Source: Gemmatimonadaceae bacterium (GTDB taxonomy: Bacteria; Gemmatimonadota; Gemmatimonadetes; Gemmatimonadales; Gemmatimonadaceae). From it: a DNA stretch of 64,000 bases. A program made the position numbers and the translations under genes. Position 1 is the stretch's first letter. Every line of letters begins with the position of its first letter. Positions 63,355 to 64,000 of the stretch are shown one piece after another. Location: positions 6,257-70,256 of the forward strand of contig JADGQV010000002.1 in the NCBI GenBank assembly GCA_017881465.1, written 5' to 3'. Below the pieces are notes generated by a model. That model was not told the origin of the DNA, searched no databases, and saw only the letters and a program-made list of their open reading frames with translations.

Positions 63355-64000
63355 TTAGTCAGGAACTCTCAAAAGCTCGAGCAGCCTTTCCAGGTCGTCA
63401 GGCGAATAAAAGTGAATCGTCAGCGTTCCCCGATTACGAGATCCGATCTTGATCGCGGCGTCCGTTTGAAGGAAACGGCGCAATCGATCTTCGATTCTTT
63501 TCAGCTCCAGTGATTGCCGATCGATGGCCCTTGGACGTCCTGCTTTCTTGCCACTTCTGGTGCCGACAACCTCACGGAGCCGTTGTTCAACCTCGCGCAC
63601 TGTCAGGCCCTCTCTGACGATTTCGCGCGCGAGACTCGCAATCTTGTCCTGATCCTCGAGACCGAGGAGGACTTTGGCGTGGCCCATCGTGAGATGCCTT
63701 TCCTGAAGGAGTTTTCTCACGGACTCAGGCAATTGAAGTAGTCGTAGCATGTTCGCGATCGTCGTGCGGTCCTTCCCGACCGTTTCAGCAATCTGTTGCT
63801 GAGTAAGACCAAACTCCCGCGACAGTTGATGATAGCCTTCTCCTTCTTCGATCGGATTGAGATCAGTCCGCTGAAGGTTTTCGACGAGCGCCAGGGTGAG
63901 GATCGTTTTGTCGTCGATCTCCTTGATGATGGCAGGTATCTCTTTCCATCCAAGCTTTGTGGCCGCACGTAAGCGGCGCTCACCGGCGATGAGCTCGAAT
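63355..64000 (-). CDS. parB: Chromosome partitioning protein ParB/Spo0J (5' partial, runs off the right edge)
   Basis: The frame is open to the window end. It contains ELIAGERRLRAA, LVENLQRTDLNP and the HTH segment LTQQQIAETVGKDRTTIANMLRLL. Confidence 0.9.
   Translation of the reverse strand, partial: FELIAGERRLRAATKLGWKEIPAIIKEIDDKTILTLALVENLQRTDLNPIEEGEGYHQLSREFGLTQQQIAETVGKDRTTIANMLRLLQLPESVRKLLQERHLTMGHAKVLLGLEDQDKIASLAREIVREGLTVREVEQRLREVVGTRSGKKAGRPRAIDRQSLELKRIEDRLRRFLQTDAAIKIGSRNRGTLTIHFYSPDDLERLLELLRVPD

Overview
This 64-kb window covers the replication-origin neighbourhood of a diderm bacterium. GC looks to be in the high 50s by eye. The gene content (CarboxypepD_reg-type TonB receptor, GWxTD protein, paired M16 peptidases) suggests a Gemmatimonadota/Acidobacteriota/FCB-like lineage, but that is inference only.

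The core is rpmH-rnpA-yidD-yidC-(MBL hydrolase)-mnmE on the minus strand, diverging from dnaA-dnaN on the plus strand. RNase P RNA (rnpB) lies about 1 kb past dnaN, and a partial parB runs off the right edge.

The left third holds:
- an 8.3-kb single-ORF cyclic beta-1,2-glucan synthase (Cgs/NdvB type)
- a disrupted outer-membrane beta-barrel gene
- a YceI/HxlR divergent pair
- a PSMA-like M28 peptidase
- a TonB-dependent receptor
- tRNA-Phe

The middle is one long, tightly packed minus-strand string: ECF sigma/anti-sigma, holA, TPR-SPOR, mutS, TonB_C lipoprotein, CBS, ddl, rhomboid, queF. Two paralogous M16 peptidase pairs follow. The right third holds polA, pyrE, a histidine kinase, a Ser/Thr kinase, a GWxTD protein, an MFS-acyltransferase pair and Nif3.

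I saw no CRISPR array, transposase, integrase, reverse transcriptase, toxin-antitoxin pair or recognisable defence module. The region reads as core chromosome, and I found no convincing candidate for a new multi-gene system.

The points most worth a second look are:
- rnpA has no canonical start outside rpmH
- rnpB is linked to rnpA and the origin
- the candidate oriC
- the disrupted OMP gene
- the small RsbU_N-like ORF and long leader ahead of the giant glucan synthase
- the two M16 pairs, one with and one without signal peptides

All product calls rest on motif recognition by eye. No database search was run.
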